Shown in pieces: positions 1 to 9,545 of a DNA stretch of 64,000 nucleotides. The notes beneath the pieces were generated by a model, which was not told the origin of the DNA, made no database searches, and worked only from the letters and a program-made list of their open reading frames with translations. The first letter of the stretch is position 1; each line of letters starts with the position of its first letter. The translations under genes were made by a program, and so were the position numbers. Origin of the DNA: Prevotella sp. CAG:279. GTDB taxonomy: Bacteria > Actinomycetota > Coriobacteriia > Coriobacteriales > Atopobiaceae. The DNA lies in the NCBI GenBank assembly GCA_963653485.1, contig CAVJWS010000001.1, positions 8,040-72,039 on the forward strand, written 5' to 3'.

Positions 1-211
1 CGTAGCGGCTCGCGTCGTTTCTGCGCGAACCGCGCAAAAGGCCGATGGTGACCGAGTCCGGGTCATCGTCGAGCTCGCCCTCCACGGCCGAAAGCGCGGC
101 CTCCCACATCGCGTCTTCGGTCTCGGGGGCCGAAGGGTCGACGTGAGAAGCCACCCCCGACGTTTCGCCGGGGGTGGTCTCTTCTTGCTTCTGTGGGTCT
201 TGGGGCGTCAA
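1..211 (-). CDS. N-terminal part of a CDS running off the window edge (product unknown)
   Basis: Open frame from TTG at 211 (MTPQDPQKQEETTPGETSG...) with no stop before position 1, starting 6 nt after the upstream gene's stop; hand-translated. Confidence 0.45.
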   Translation of the reverse strand, partial: MTPQDPQKQEETTPGETSGVASHVDPSAPETEDAMWEAALSAVEGELDDDPDSVTIGLLRGSRRNDASRY

Positions 212-217
212 GCGGGG

Positions 218-580
218 CTACTCCTCGGTGTCCTCGACCTCATCGGCCTCGACGGGAGCACCCTCGGCCTTCTCGGCGTCGGCGGCATTGAGGTCGCTCG
301 CGAGCTTCTGGGCGCGCTCGACGAAGGCAGCGCGCTCCTCGGCGCTCATGACGGACATGCGGGCGCGCAGAACCGTCTCCTGGGCGCCGTCGACCGTCTC
401 CTTGGCCTTCTGCGTGAGCTCGTCGTTGAGGTCCTTGCCCTGCTCGACGGTGAGCTCGCCCTTCTTCACGAGGGTGTCGACGAACTCGCCGGTCTTCTCG
501 GCGCCGTAGGCAACCGCGCCGACACCGGCAAGGAACGCCTTGTGGGCAAGCTCGGTGACGCTATCGGTGATCTCTGCCAT
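218..580 (-). CDS. Small phasin-like/coiled-coil hypothetical protein
   Basis: MAEITDSVTELAHKAFLAGVGAVAYGAEKTGEFVDTLVKKGELTVEQGK matches the LAGxGA...LVxKGE phasin-like pattern; purine-rich RBS before ATG 580. Confidence 0.65.
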   Translation of the reverse strand: MAEITDSVTELAHKAFLAGVGAVAYGAEKTGEFVDTLVKKGELTVEQGKDLNDELTQKAKETVDGAQETVLRARMSVMSAEERAAFVERAQKLASDLNAADAEKAEGAPVEADEVEDTEE

Positions 581-692
581 GGAAAGCCCCTTTCTCATCG
601 CGGCCCCGTGGCCGCAACTCCCTTGTCGCCGCTTGTACCCAAGCGCCACGCCGGACAAACACGCGACTTTCGCGAGCGGTTGACATAAAAAA

Positions 693-1391
693 CTAGCCCA
701 TCAGGGCCTCTCGCATGGCGGGGACGCTGGAGACGATAAGGTCGGCCCCGGCGGCCTCGAGCTCGCCCGCGGGGGCCGTGTCGCCGAGATAGACACCCAG
801 GGAGGCGACGTCGTTGGCGGCAGCCCCCTCGATGTCGTAGCTGCGGTCACCCACCATGACGGCCTGGGACGCCTCGGCGCCAAAGCCGCGGAGCGCCTCG
901 GCCACAAGGCCCGCCTTGCTCGCGTCGTTGGTGCCGGTCTGGGTCACCACGGCGTCGAAGAACTCCTCGGTGTCGGTCTGGTCGAGCGCGAGCCTCACGA
1001 AGCGCTCGAGCTTGGAGGAGACGATGGCGAGCTTGCGGCCGCTCGCCTTGAGGTCTGCGAGCAGGTCGTAGACGCCCTCGAAGAGCGGATTGCGCTCGGG
1101 GCCGAGGGCGCCGTAGGTCTCGCGATAGCGGCGCGTGACCTCCGCTGCGTCCTCCTCGCTCAGGCCATAGACCAGCGTGAAGGCGTACGGGAAGGGAGGA
1201 CCGATGAGCCGGCCGGCATCACCGATGAACTCGTCGGAGTAGCCCATGGAGCGCAGCGCCTTCTCGGCAGTGGCAACAATGCAGGGCTTGGTGTCGGAAA
1301 GCGTGCCGTCGAAGTCGAACAGCACGTAGGGCTTGTCGGCGAAGTTCACGCGGACCTCCTCGGACGTATTGGGATTCCAAGCATCATACAA
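693..1391 (-). CDS. HAD-family hydrolase (phosphoglycolate phosphatase/5'-nucleotidase-like)
   Basis: Motif I FDFDGTLSD, motif II VSSK, motif IV MVGDRSYDIEGA. Confidence 0.9.
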   Translation of the reverse strand: MYDAWNPNTSEEVRVNFADKPYVLFDFDGTLSDTKPCIVATAEKALRSMGYSDEFIGDAGRLIGPPFPYAFTLVYGLSEEDAAEVTRRYRETYGALGPERNPLFEGVYDLLADLKASGRKLAIVSSKLERFVRLALDQTDTEEFFDAVVTQTGTNDASKAGLVAEALRGFGAEASQAVMVGDRSYDIEGAAANDVASLGVYLGDTAPAGELEAAGADLIVSSVPAMREALMG

Positions 1392-1605
1392 GACGAAGGC
1401 CCCGGCATGTCCGCCGGGGCCAATGGGGATATGCAGAGGTTAGCTGCGGAAGACGCCTTCCCCGCGAGCCACCGCAAGGCGGCTCCGTCTTCCCCAACGC
1501 GCAGCTCATGCGAGCAAGACGGAGCAACAACCAAGCGAAACGCAAGACGGAAGACAGCACCCTCAGAGCGAAGGAAGGCCACCGCCCGCGCCGCATGACC
1601 CCGAG

Positions 1606-2289
1606 CTAGCTAAGGTTCCGCTGCTCCTTGGCGCAATCGAGCGGCCCCGTCGCGCGCAAGGTCTTGAGGGCGTGGGCCACAGGCACGAGCACGGCCTCGA
1701 GGTTCTCGGTGGCCGCCTTGGGCGAGCCGGGGACGTTAAGGACGAGCGTGCGGCCGAGGGTGCCTGCCGTGGCGCGCGAGAGCCAGGCGAACGGGGTAAT
1801 CCTTGCCGACGCGGTACGCATGGCCTCGCCAAAGCCGGGCACCATGCGCTCGCAGACGTTGGCCGTGGCCTCGGGCGTGACGTCACGCGGCGAGAGCCCC
1901 GTGCCGCCGCTCGTGACCACGAGGGCGACGCCGCTTGCGGCCGCGTCGCGAATGGCCTGCTCGATGGCAGCCATCTCGTCGGGAACGACGGCGGTTCCCG
2001 CAACGTCGTAGCCCTGGGCAGCAAGCAACGCGCACACGGCGGGGCCCGCCTCGTCGGCATAGACGCCCTGGCTTGCGCGATCGCTCACGGTAATGACGAA
2101 GGCGTCGTAGGCGGGAGCGCCGCCGCGCTCGTCGCCATGCCCCGCGGCATGCCTGTGAGCATGAGAGCAAGCGCCCATGCCATCGCCAGAAGAGGCACCG
2201 CCGGTCTCGACGACGACGTCAGAGCCGCCGACCCCTCCCAACGGCTCAGACTCTCCTCCGTGCTCCCAGCCCAAATCGTCAACGCTCAT
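1606..2289 (-). CDS. mogA: MogA/MoaB-family molybdopterin adenylyltransferase with N-terminal extension
   Basis: ITVSDR...DEAGP, VVPDE, TSGGTGLSPRDVTPEAT, NVPGSPKA motifs. Confidence 0.9.
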   Translation of the reverse strand: MSVDDLGWEHGGESEPLGGVGGSDVVVETGGASSGDGMGACSHAHRHAAGHGDERGGAPAYDAFVITVSDRASQGVYADEAGPAVCALLAAQGYDVAGTAVVPDEMAAIEQAIRDAAASGVALVVTSGGTGLSPRDVTPEATANVCERMVPGFGEAMRTASARITPFAWLSRATAGTLGRTLVLNVPGSPKAATENLEAVLVPVAHALKTLRATGPLDCAKEQRNLS

Positions 2290-2297
2290 GATGCCCC

Positions 2298-3332
2298 CTA
2301 CTTGCCGAAGGGACAGACGGGATAGTGGCACTCGGCGCAACCCAAGCACAGGCCGCCCTCGCCATAGGCGACGATGTCTTGCCTGGTAAGGCGGATGCCC
2401 GCGGCGATGCGCGGCATCACGAGGTCGAAGATGGTGGCGCCGGCAAACATCACGCAGCCCGGAAGGCCGAGCACGGGCGTCCCGTCATCGTAGTAGCCCA
2501 CGAAGAGCATGGCGCCGGGAAGCACCGGTGCGCCGTAGGTGACCATGGCCGCGCCGCTCTTCTGGATGGCGCCGGGGGTGTTGTCATCCGGGTCGACGCT
2601 CATGCCGCCGGTACAAACCACGATGTCGACGCCGGTCTCGCGCACGCGGGCGATGGCGGCCACGATGTCGTCCACGTCATCGCCAGGAAGCTCGTGGGCC
2701 ACGACCTCGATGCCGTAGGCGGCGAGCTTCCTCTCAACCACCGGGGTGAAGCTGTCTTCGATGAGGCCCGCGGCCACCTCGCTGCCGGTGGTGATGATGC
2801 CCGCACGGTGCAGCTTGAAGGGAACGACCTCGCACAGCGGCCCCTCTCCGGAGGCCTGCTGGGCCACGCGGTCCGCCTCGTCGAGCACGCTCTCCTCAAC
2901 CACGAGCGGGATGACGCGCATGCCGGCGAGCTTGTCGCCCGCATGCACCGCCGTGTTGCCCTTGCGGGTGGAGACCATGACCTTCTCCACGGAGTTCACG
3001 GCGAGCAGGGCCTCGGAGCGCACGGTGAAGCAGCCGTCATAGGCGGCCTTAAGCTCGATCTTGCCCTCCTTGACGTCGGACTCATGGGTGCAGCCGGGCC
3101 CTTCGGAGAGCTTGCAAAGCCGCAGGGCCGCGTCGTTCTCGTGCAGCATGCCCTCCTCGAGCTCCCACACGTAGACGCTGCGCTTGCCCATGGAGAGCAG
3201 CACCGGCACGTCCTCGGCCTGGACCACGTGGCCCTTCCTGAAGCGCGCCCCCTTGAACTGCCCAGGGATGATCTGGGTCATGTCGTGGCACAGCACGTGG
3301 CCAACGGCATCCTCAACAGCAAGTTCCTTCAT
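2298..3332 (-). CDS. MoeA-like molybdopterin-binding protein with Cys-rich C-terminus
   Basis: HDMTQI...FRKGH N-terminus, ITTGSEV, TGGMSVDPDD, PVLPGAM, GLPGC, C-terminal CLGCAECHYPVCPFGK; ATGA overlap with the upstream MOSC gene. Confidence 0.85.
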   Translation of the reverse strand: MKELAVEDAVGHVLCHDMTQIIPGQFKGARFRKGHVVQAEDVPVLLSMGKRSVYVWELEEGMLHENDAALRLCKLSEGPGCTHESDVKEGKIELKAAYDGCFTVRSEALLAVNSVEKVMVSTRKGNTAVHAGDKLAGMRVIPLVVEESVLDEADRVAQQASGEGPLCEVVPFKLHRAGIITTGSEVAAGLIEDSFTPVVERKLAAYGIEVVAHELPGDDVDDIVAAIARVRETGVDIVVCTGGMSVDPDDNTPGAIQKSGAAMVTYGAPVLPGAMLFVGYYDDGTPVLGLPGCVMFAGATIFDLVMPRIAAGIRLTRQDIVAYGEGGLCLGCAECHYPVCPFGK

Positions 3333-3943
3333 CGCTCGCACACCTCCACAACTCGCACGCCGTCCCCGCGGCGCACCTCCCCGCCGCGGATGACCACGGC
3401 GAAGATTCCCTCGCTCGGCATGGCGCACTTGCCTACCAGGCGCTTTATCTCACAGTCGTTATGGCACTTCTTGCCGATCTGGGTCACCGCCACAAGGGCC
3501 TCACCCACGGCAAGCACGGTTCCCACGGGCAAGGACTTGAGGTCGAGGCCCTCGGTAAGGACGTTCTCGGCAAAGTCGCCAGGGGCCAGGGCCGGCAGCA
3601 CCTCGCGCAGCTCGTCGACGCTCTCGTTGGGAAGCAGGCTCACCTGGCGATGCCAGGAGCCGGCATGGGCGTCACCAACGACGCCGCAGCCGACCTCGAG
3701 CTTTATGGAGTCAACCGGCTTCTTGCGCACGCCCTTGCGCTCACTCAGACAGACGGCAAGGACGTGACCGGACGCAGCCGCCGGGACGTCAGCCAACGTG
3801 GCCTCAGACGAAGCGGGGCTCACTTCGACAACGGTAGGACTAGCGGCGTTCATGGATGCGGCACCCTTCTCGCAAGCAGAACCGGAGGCAGCGGCCGCCG
3901 AGATCCCTCCCGTCTTAGAAGCCCCAACAGCGTTATCGGGCAT
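3329..3943 (-). CDS. MOSC domain-containing protein
   Basis: GDAHAGSWHRQVSLL, PGDFAENV, VTQIGKKCHNDC, MPSEGIFA. Confidence 0.9.
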   Translation of the reverse strand: MPDNAVGASKTGGISAAAASGSACEKGAASMNAASPTVVEVSPASSEATLADVPAAASGHVLAVCLSERKGVRKKPVDSIKLEVGCGVVGDAHAGSWHRQVSLLPNESVDELREVLPALAPGDFAENVLTEGLDLKSLPVGTVLAVGEALVAVTQIGKKCHNDCEIKRLVGKCAMPSEGIFAVVIRGGEVRRGDGVRVVEVCER

Positions 3944-4691
3944 CCTTGGCTCCCCTCACGAAGAGGCCGCTGCGACCGCCGTCCTTCTCGAGCAGGCAGA
4001 CCTCGCTGATGACTATGTCACGCTGGTGGGACTTGCACATGTCGTAGATGGTGAGCGCGGCCGTGCTCGCGGCCACGAGCGCCTCCATCTCCACGCCCGT
4101 CTCGCCCTTGCAGCGGGCCTCGGACTCGATGACGATGCCGTCGGCCTCATAGGAGAAGTTGATGTCGACGCCGCTCAGCGGCACCTGGTGGCACATGGGG
4201 ATGAGTTCGCTCGTGCGCTTGGCGGCCATGATGCCGCCCACCTGGGCCACGGCAAGCACGTCGCCCTTGCGGGTACCGCCGGTCCGCACGAGCTCGAGGG
4301 TGCTGGGCGCCATGAGGACCTTGGCGGACGCCCTGGCCACGCGCGAGGTCACGGGCTTGCCGCCCACGTCCACCATGCGGGCGCGTCCCTGCTCGTTCAC
4401 ATGCGTGAGGTCCGGGTCCCTAAACGAGGGGTTTTCGGCGCTCGTTTGGTCAACGCCGCCCAAAGGGCTGGCCGTATTCGATAGGGCAACGGCAGCGTCA
4501 GGCTCAGCTGCGCTCGAGTGCGCGGCGTCAACCACAGGCTCCGCATCGCCGTCTTGACCAACAACCAAGCGCTCGTAAAGCGCCGAGGTGAAGGCGAGAT
4601 GCTCAGCCTCGAGCTCTGCATCGCCCTCGGTCTCAGGAAGCGAACTCGCAACGGCGTCGCCGGCGATTGTCATATCTAGCTCGTTACTCAT
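3933..4691 (-). CDS. moaC: Cyclic pyranopterin monophosphate synthase MoaC (long acidic N-terminal extension)
   Basis: LTHVNEQGRARMVDV, KGDVLAVAQVGGIMAAKRTSELIPMCH, TGVEMEAL, IYDMCK. Confidence 0.95.
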   Translation of the reverse strand: MSNELDMTIAGDAVASSLPETEGDAELEAEHLAFTSALYERLVVGQDGDAEPVVDAAHSSAAEPDAAVALSNTASPLGGVDQTSAENPSFRDPDLTHVNEQGRARMVDVGGKPVTSRVARASAKVLMAPSTLELVRTGGTRKGDVLAVAQVGGIMAAKRTSELIPMCHQVPLSGVDINFSYEADGIVIESEARCKGETGVEMEALVAASTAALTIYDMCKSHQRDIVISEVCLLEKDGGRSGLFVRGAKDAR

Positions 4692-4694
4692 GGG

Positions 4695-5645
4695 CTAACC
4701 CCCAATCTGGAACATGCTGCGCGGCGTCTCGCTGGGAGAGGTGCCAGGCGCAAGGTTGTGGTGCGCCGGCTTCATCTGCACGCCGCGCGCAAGGGCGTCC
4801 GCCAGCTCTTGCCCATGAAGCCCGCGCAGCGCAAGCTCCGAGCTCGAGTGCAGACAGGGCTTGAGCCTACCATCTGCCGTGATGCGGATGCGGTCGCAAC
4901 CCGAGCAGAACTTGTGGCTCACGGCTCGGATGAGGCCCACGCGCCCCGCAAAGCCAGGCGCAGAATAAAGCTCGGCCACGCCAGAGATGCCAATGCGCCG
5001 CAGCTCAGGCACCTCGCGGAGCACCACATCACCTGAGACGAAACGCTCGGTGGGCCAAGCGGCGCACTCCCCCATCGGCATAAGCTCGATGAAACGCACC
5101 TCAACCTCTTCGGTTCGGGCAAGGCCCACGAGGTCGGCCACTTCGTCGTCATTGACGCCGCCCATGAGCACGCAGTTTATCTTGAGCGGGCCAAAACCGG
5201 CCTCGCGCGCGGCTGCGATGCCGGCAAGGGCGTCTTCCAGGTTGCCAACGCGAGAGATCTGCCGGTAGCGATCGGGGCGAAGGGTGTCCAGGCTGATGTT
5301 GAGACGCGTAAGGCCGCGCTCGCGCAGCTCGCCGGCCACCGGCGCCAGCAGCGTGGCGTTGGTGGTCATGGCCAGCTCGTCGATGCCCTCGATGCCCGCG
5401 AGCATCCCCACAAGGTCGCAGATCCCGCGGCGCACGAGCGGCTCGCCGCCGGTGATGCGCACCTTGCGCACGCCCAAGGCAGCCGCGGCCTCCACGATCT
5501 CGGCCATCTCCTCAAAGCTCAGCAGGTCTGCGTGTGTGCAGGCCGCAACGCCTGCGGCAGGCATGCAGTAGAGGCAGCGGCAGTTGCACTTGTCCGTGAC
5601 GGAAAGCCGCAGGTAGCTTATGTTTCTGCCATATCCGTCAAGCAC
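4695..5645 (-). CDS. moaA: GTP 3',8-cyclase MoaA (radical SAM)
   Basis: YLRLSVTDKCNCRCLYCM, ITGGEP, FCSGCDRIR...KPCL, C-terminal IGG. Confidence 0.96.
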   Translation of the reverse strand: MLDGYGRNISYLRLSVTDKCNCRCLYCMPAAGVAACTHADLLSFEEMAEIVEAAAALGVRKVRITGGEPLVRRGICDLVGMLAGIEGIDELAMTTNATLLAPVAGELRERGLTRLNISLDTLRPDRYRQISRVGNLEDALAGIAAAREAGFGPLKINCVLMGGVNDDEVADLVGLARTEEVEVRFIELMPMGECAAWPTERFVSGDVVLREVPELRRIGISGVAELYSAPGFAGRVGLIRAVSHKFCSGCDRIRITADGRLKPCLHSSSELALRGLHGQELADALARGVQMKPAHHNLAPGTSPSETPRSMFQIGG

Positions 5646-5646
5646 G

Positions 5647-6768
5647 TTAGGGCCTCAATGGCATGACGTCTGCGGCCGACACGGCAAGCGTGACCTTGGC
5701 CGGGTTGCCGAGGGCGGCCCAGGCGTCCTTCTCGAGCTCTACGCGCAGCTGGGCGCCGCCGGGCGTGCCGCACATGACGATAGTGGAGAAGACGTTGTCG
5801 ATGACGCGGTCCACCGTGCAGGGAATGCGATTCTCCGCCGCGTTTGCAGCATCTGCGTACGGGCGCGTGCCAAAGCCGGTCTTGGCGTCACCGATGGTGT
5901 CGGCAGCGGCGCCGTCGGCCTCGACGATGCGCAAGAAGTGTGCACGGATACCGGCGTGCTCGCAGCCCGCCACGTCGCGGCCGCACTCGAGCGTGACGCC
6001 CCAATCGTCGCAGGCAAGCGAGGTGGGGCCGTCCGGTTGCGCGGCGCTCACGTTCTTGCAGCCGCTGATGACGGCCTCTGAGAGCGTGAGCGGCTCGTCA
6101 AAGAGCTCGGCGGTGGTGACGGTGCGGCCGCTCTTGCCGGCGGAGAGCACGCAGACGCGGTCGCACATGCGGTAGACCTCGTCACGGCTGTGCGTGACGA
6201 AGACCACGCCGCCCGGGAAGGCGCGCAGCGTGTCGGCGAGCTCGAGCTCGAGCTGCCAACGCAGGAAGCCGTCGAGCGCCGAGAAGGGCTCGTCGAGCAG
6301 GAGCAGCTCAGGCTCGTTTGCCATGATGCGCGCCAGGGCGCAGCGCTGCTGCTGGCCGCCGGAGAGCTCGGCGGGGCGGTGCTCCTCGAGCCCCTCGAGC
6401 CTAAAGGCCGCGATCTGGGCACGGGCGCGGCGCTCGCGCTCCTCCTTGGAACCCTCGCGCACGCCAACCATCACGTTCTGCAGCACGGTCATGGTGGGGA
6501 ATAGCGCGTAGTTCTGGAAGAGGTAGCCCACGCGGCGCTGCTGCACGGGCACGTCCACGTGCGCCTCGGAATCGAACAGCACGCGGTCGTTCAAGACGAT
6601 GCGGCCCTCGTCGGGGCGCTCGATGCCGGCGATGCACTTGAGCGCCATGCTCTTGCCGCAGCCCGAGGCGCCAAGCAGCGCCAGTATCTCGCTCGCGTCG
6701 GCCGCCTCAAAGCTCACGTCGAGGCGGAAGCTGCCGAGCGTCTTCTTGATGTTTACCGAAAGGCTCAT
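5647..6768 (-). CDS. modC: Molybdate ABC transporter ATP-binding protein
   Basis: GASGCGKS, LSGGQQQR, LLLDEPF; downstream of modAB. Confidence 0.88.
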   Translation of the reverse strand: MSLSVNIKKTLGSFRLDVSFEAADASEILALLGASGCGKSMALKCIAGIERPDEGRIVLNDRVLFDSEAHVDVPVQQRRVGYLFQNYALFPTMTVLQNVMVGVREGSKEERERRARAQIAAFRLEGLEEHRPAELSGGQQQRCALARIMANEPELLLLDEPFSALDGFLRWQLELELADTLRAFPGGVVFVTHSRDEVYRMCDRVCVLSAGKSGRTVTTAELFDEPLTLSEAVISGCKNVSAAQPDGPTSLACDDWGVTLECGRDVAGCEHAGIRAHFLRIVEADGAAADTIGDAKTGFGTRPYADAANAAENRIPCTVDRVIDNVFSTIVMCGTPGGAQLRVELEKDAWAALGNPAKVTLAVSAADVMPLRP

Positions 6769-7445
6769 GAGCGTCCTCCCTGCGTGCGGGCCCTACCCTC
6801 GAGCCAGTTCATGGCGAGCAGCACCACGGCCGAGATGGCGACGTTCACGAGCACCCATTCGAGCGCCTGGACGTCCTCGCCGGTGCGCCACAGCTGGTAG
6901 ACCGTGGTGGAGACGGTGGCCGTCTGGCCAGGGGTGTAGCCGGCGATCATGGCCGTGGCTCCGTACTCGCCCAGCGCGCGGGCAAAGGCCAGCACGGCGC
7001 CGGCCAGGATGCCCTGGGCGCAGCACGGCATCTGCACTCGCCAGAAGGCCCAGGTGCGGCTCTTGCCGAGGGTCTGGGCGGCGTTGCTGAGCGTCTTGTC
7101 ATAGGCCTCGAAGGAGCCGCGCGCCGTACGGTACATGAGCGGGAACGCCACGACGACGCAGGCAAAGATCGCGCTGTACCACGTCATCGTGAGGCGGATG
7201 CCAAAGGTCTGCAGCGCCCAGGAGCCAACGATGCGCTTAGGGCCCAAGACGAGCAGCAGAAGGTATCCCACGACCGTGGGCGGAAGGACGAGCGGCAGCG
7301 TGAGCACGACGTCGAGCAGGGCCTTGACGGTGCGCGGCAGCTTGGCAATGAGCTGGGCTGCCCACACGCCCACGAAGAACACCACGACCGTGGAGACGGC
7401 CGCGATGCGCAGCGAGTTAAGTAACGGATACCAGTCCATAGGCAT
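6765..7445 (-). CDS. modB: Molybdate ABC transporter permease
   Basis: LPLVLPPTVVGY, FARALGEYGAT; hydrophobic segments. Confidence 0.92.
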   Translation of the reverse strand: MPMDWYPLLNSLRIAAVSTVVVFFVGVWAAQLIAKLPRTVKALLDVVLTLPLVLPPTVVGYLLLLVLGPKRIVGSWALQTFGIRLTMTWYSAIFACVVVAFPLMYRTARGSFEAYDKTLSNAAQTLGKSRTWAFWRVQMPCCAQGILAGAVLAFARALGEYGATAMIAGYTPGQTATVSTTVYQLWRTGEDVQALEWVLVNVAISAVVLLAMNWLEGRARTQGGRS

Positions 7446-7537
7446 TCCTTATCGGTATGCGCCGCCGCCGGCAACAAGGCCGACGACGGCGCCCAAACAC
7501 TAGCTTCCATCCCCATTCTAGGGGACAAGCCGACTAA

Positions 7538-8410
7538 TTAGGCAGTGGCCAGAGGCTTGAAGCCGACTTCCTCAAAGCACTCAGAGGCGACGGAACCCTT
7601 GAGGAACTCGAGGTAGGCCTTGGCGGTGTCCTCGTGCTGGGTGCCCTTGACCACGGCGGCCGGGTAGACGACCTCGCCGCACATGTCCTTGGTGGCGGAG
7701 TCGACGACGTCGAGGCCGGCGGAGACGGCGTCGGTGCGGTAGATGATGCCGCAGTCGACGGCAGCCTCGGAGACCTGCGTGGTGACCTCCTTGACGTTGG
7801 TGCCGTAGGTGATCACGCCAGAGGCGGCCAGGTCGTCCTCGGAGAGCTCGTAGTAGGCGAGGATCTTCTGGGTGTACTGGCCCACGGGCACGTCGGAGTT
7901 GCCCATGGCGAGCTTGACGTCGCCGGCCTTGAGGTGCTCGGCGAGGTCGTCAAAGCTCTTGATGCCGGCCGGGTTGCCCTCGGGCACGACGAGGGTGACC
8001 TCGTTCTGGAGGATGTTGAAGCGGGTGTCGTGCTCGATGAAGTCAAGGCCCTCCTCGTGGTCCTTCTCGGCCTCGGCGTCCAAAGCGTTCATCTGCTTCT
8101 GACCGGCGGAGATGAAGACGTCACACTCGGCGCCCTCCTCGATCTGGGTCTTGAGAGTGCCCGAGGAGTCGTAGTTGAAGGAGACCTCGACGCCGTTCTC
8201 GCTTGTGAAGGTCTCGGTGGCCCTGGTGAGGCTCTCGGTCATGGAGGCAGCGGCGAAGACCGTGATGGTCTCGCTCGCCGCGGCCTCGGTGCTGGCGGCG
8301 GCGGTGTCGGCCGAGGTGGAGCTGCTTGAGCCACCGCAACCAACGAGGCCGAGGCCGGCCAGGGTGACGCCCATGGTGGCGACCGCCTGACGACGGGTGA
8401 TGTTCTGCAT
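7538..8410 (-). CDS. modA: Molybdate ABC transporter substrate-binding lipoprotein
   Basis: Tat-like/lipoprotein signal (TRRQ...LVGC), VFAAASM, DSSGTLKTQIEEGA, VPVGQY, GIIYRTDA. Confidence 0.93.
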   Translation of the reverse strand: MQNITRRQAVATMGVTLAGLGLVGCGGSSSSTSADTAAASTEAAASETITVFAAASMTESLTRATETFTSENGVEVSFNYDSSGTLKTQIEEGAECDVFISAGQKQMNALDAEAEKDHEEGLDFIEHDTRFNILQNEVTLVVPEGNPAGIKSFDDLAEHLKAGDVKLAMGNSDVPVGQYTQKILAYYELSEDDLAASGVITYGTNVKEVTTQVSEAAVDCGIIYRTDAVSAGLDVVDSATKDMCGEVVYPAAVVKGTQHEDTAKAYLEFLKGSVASECFEEVGFKPLATA

Positions 8411-8501
8411 AACGCACGTCCCTTCTCTGTGGCGAGCCCCCTGGCTCGCCAATTGACGATATACCTGCGCCGACATGGCGCCGTGGTACTGAACTCAAAA
8501 G

Positions 8502-8525
8502 CGTTGTATCGCAAAATGCACAACG
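8502..8525. promoter_or_regulatory. ModE-box-like palindrome upstream of modA
   Basis: CGTTGT-N12-ACAACG, same geometry as the CGTTAT-N12-ATAACG ModE operator. Confidence 0.55.
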
Positions 8526-8577
8526 CTCCGTAAAATAAACCGCCAAGGCCAAGAAACGCTATGCCCTGGCGAGGAGG

Positions 8578-9543
8578 CTACAAGCCGCTCGGGCAGCCGT
8601 GAGACGTCTCTCCCCTCTTGGCAGCTCGAACTTGAATCATCTTAGCAGCGATGGAGACCGAAATCTCGGCGGGCGTCACCGCATCGATGGAAAGGCCGAT
8701 CGGAAGGTCGAGCGAGGCGATCTGCTCGGGCGTGGCGCCACGGGAGGCCACGACGCCCTCGAGCACCTTGCGCTTGTGGCGGCTCCCCATGCAGCCGAGG
8801 TAGGCCGGGTGGGAGTCGAAGGCCTGGGCCACGACGTCCTCGTCTGCCACATGGCCGTGGGTCATGACTACGACATAGTCGCGCTCGCCGAGCGTGATGC
8901 CAGCCGCGATGTCCTGGAAGCTGCCGAGGATGACCTTGGCGGCCGCCGGAAAGTTCTCCGCACGCGCAACCTCGGGGCGGTCGTCGAAGACCGTGACCTC
9001 GAAGTCGATGGCGGCAAGGGCGGGCACGAGGGCGCGGCCCACATGGCCGCCGCCGAAGATGACGCAGCGCTCGGCGCCGATGATGGGCTCGTAGAAGACC
9101 TCGTCCGCATAGCCGGGCTGGGCAGCGCCGAAGTCGCACGTGACGGCAACGGGCACCTCGGCGCCCCAGTCAACGCTCGCGGCGCTCGGCTGGCCGGCGT
9201 CAACGAGTTCGAGGCAGGCCTTGTAGGCGGCGAGGTCGGCCTCGCCAAGCAGGCGCACGCCGATGAGCTGCGAGCCGCCGCAGGCGATGTCGACCACCCC
9301 GCGCTTGAACTCGCGACGCACGGGCTCGGCACCCGCGAGCACCTCGCGGCAGAGGGCCTGGGTCTGCAGCTCGGGCGAGCCGCCGCCGACGGTGCCGAGC
9401 AGCGTGCCGTCAGCCAAAAGCAACATGCGCGCGCCGGCGTGGCGGGCGGCGGAGCCGGCCGTGCTGAGCACCACGGCCTCGGCCAGCTGGCGTCCGGCCG
9501 TAAGCTCGCGAACGGCGGCGCGAATGAGAGAGATGCCCTCCAT
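8578..9543 (-). CDS. xdhC: XdhC/CoxI-family molybdenum hydroxylase accessory protein
   Basis: GSAARHAGARM, GTVGGG, IACGG, IFGGGHVG, MTHGHVAD, YLGCMGSR, PIGLSIDAVTPAEISVSI. Confidence 0.92.
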   Translation of the reverse strand: MEGISLIRAAVRELTAGRQLAEAVVLSTAGSAARHAGARMLLLADGTLLGTVGGGSPELQTQALCREVLAGAEPVRREFKRGVVDIACGGSQLIGVRLLGEADLAAYKACLELVDAGQPSAASVDWGAEVPVAVTCDFGAAQPGYADEVFYEPIIGAERCVIFGGGHVGRALVPALAAIDFEVTVFDDRPEVARAENFPAAAKVILGSFQDIAAGITLGERDYVVVMTHGHVADEDVVAQAFDSHPAYLGCMGSRHKRKVLEGVVASRGATPEQIASLDLPIGLSIDAVTPAEISVSIAAKMIQVRAAKRGETSHGCPSGL

Positions 9544-9545
9544 GG

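Noticed and set aside
8411..8577. Moco riboswitch upstream of modA
   Set aside because: Only a small hairpin (GCGAGCC..GGCTCGC) is evident; the DNA palindrome explains the region better. A Rfam scan would be needed to exclude it fully.
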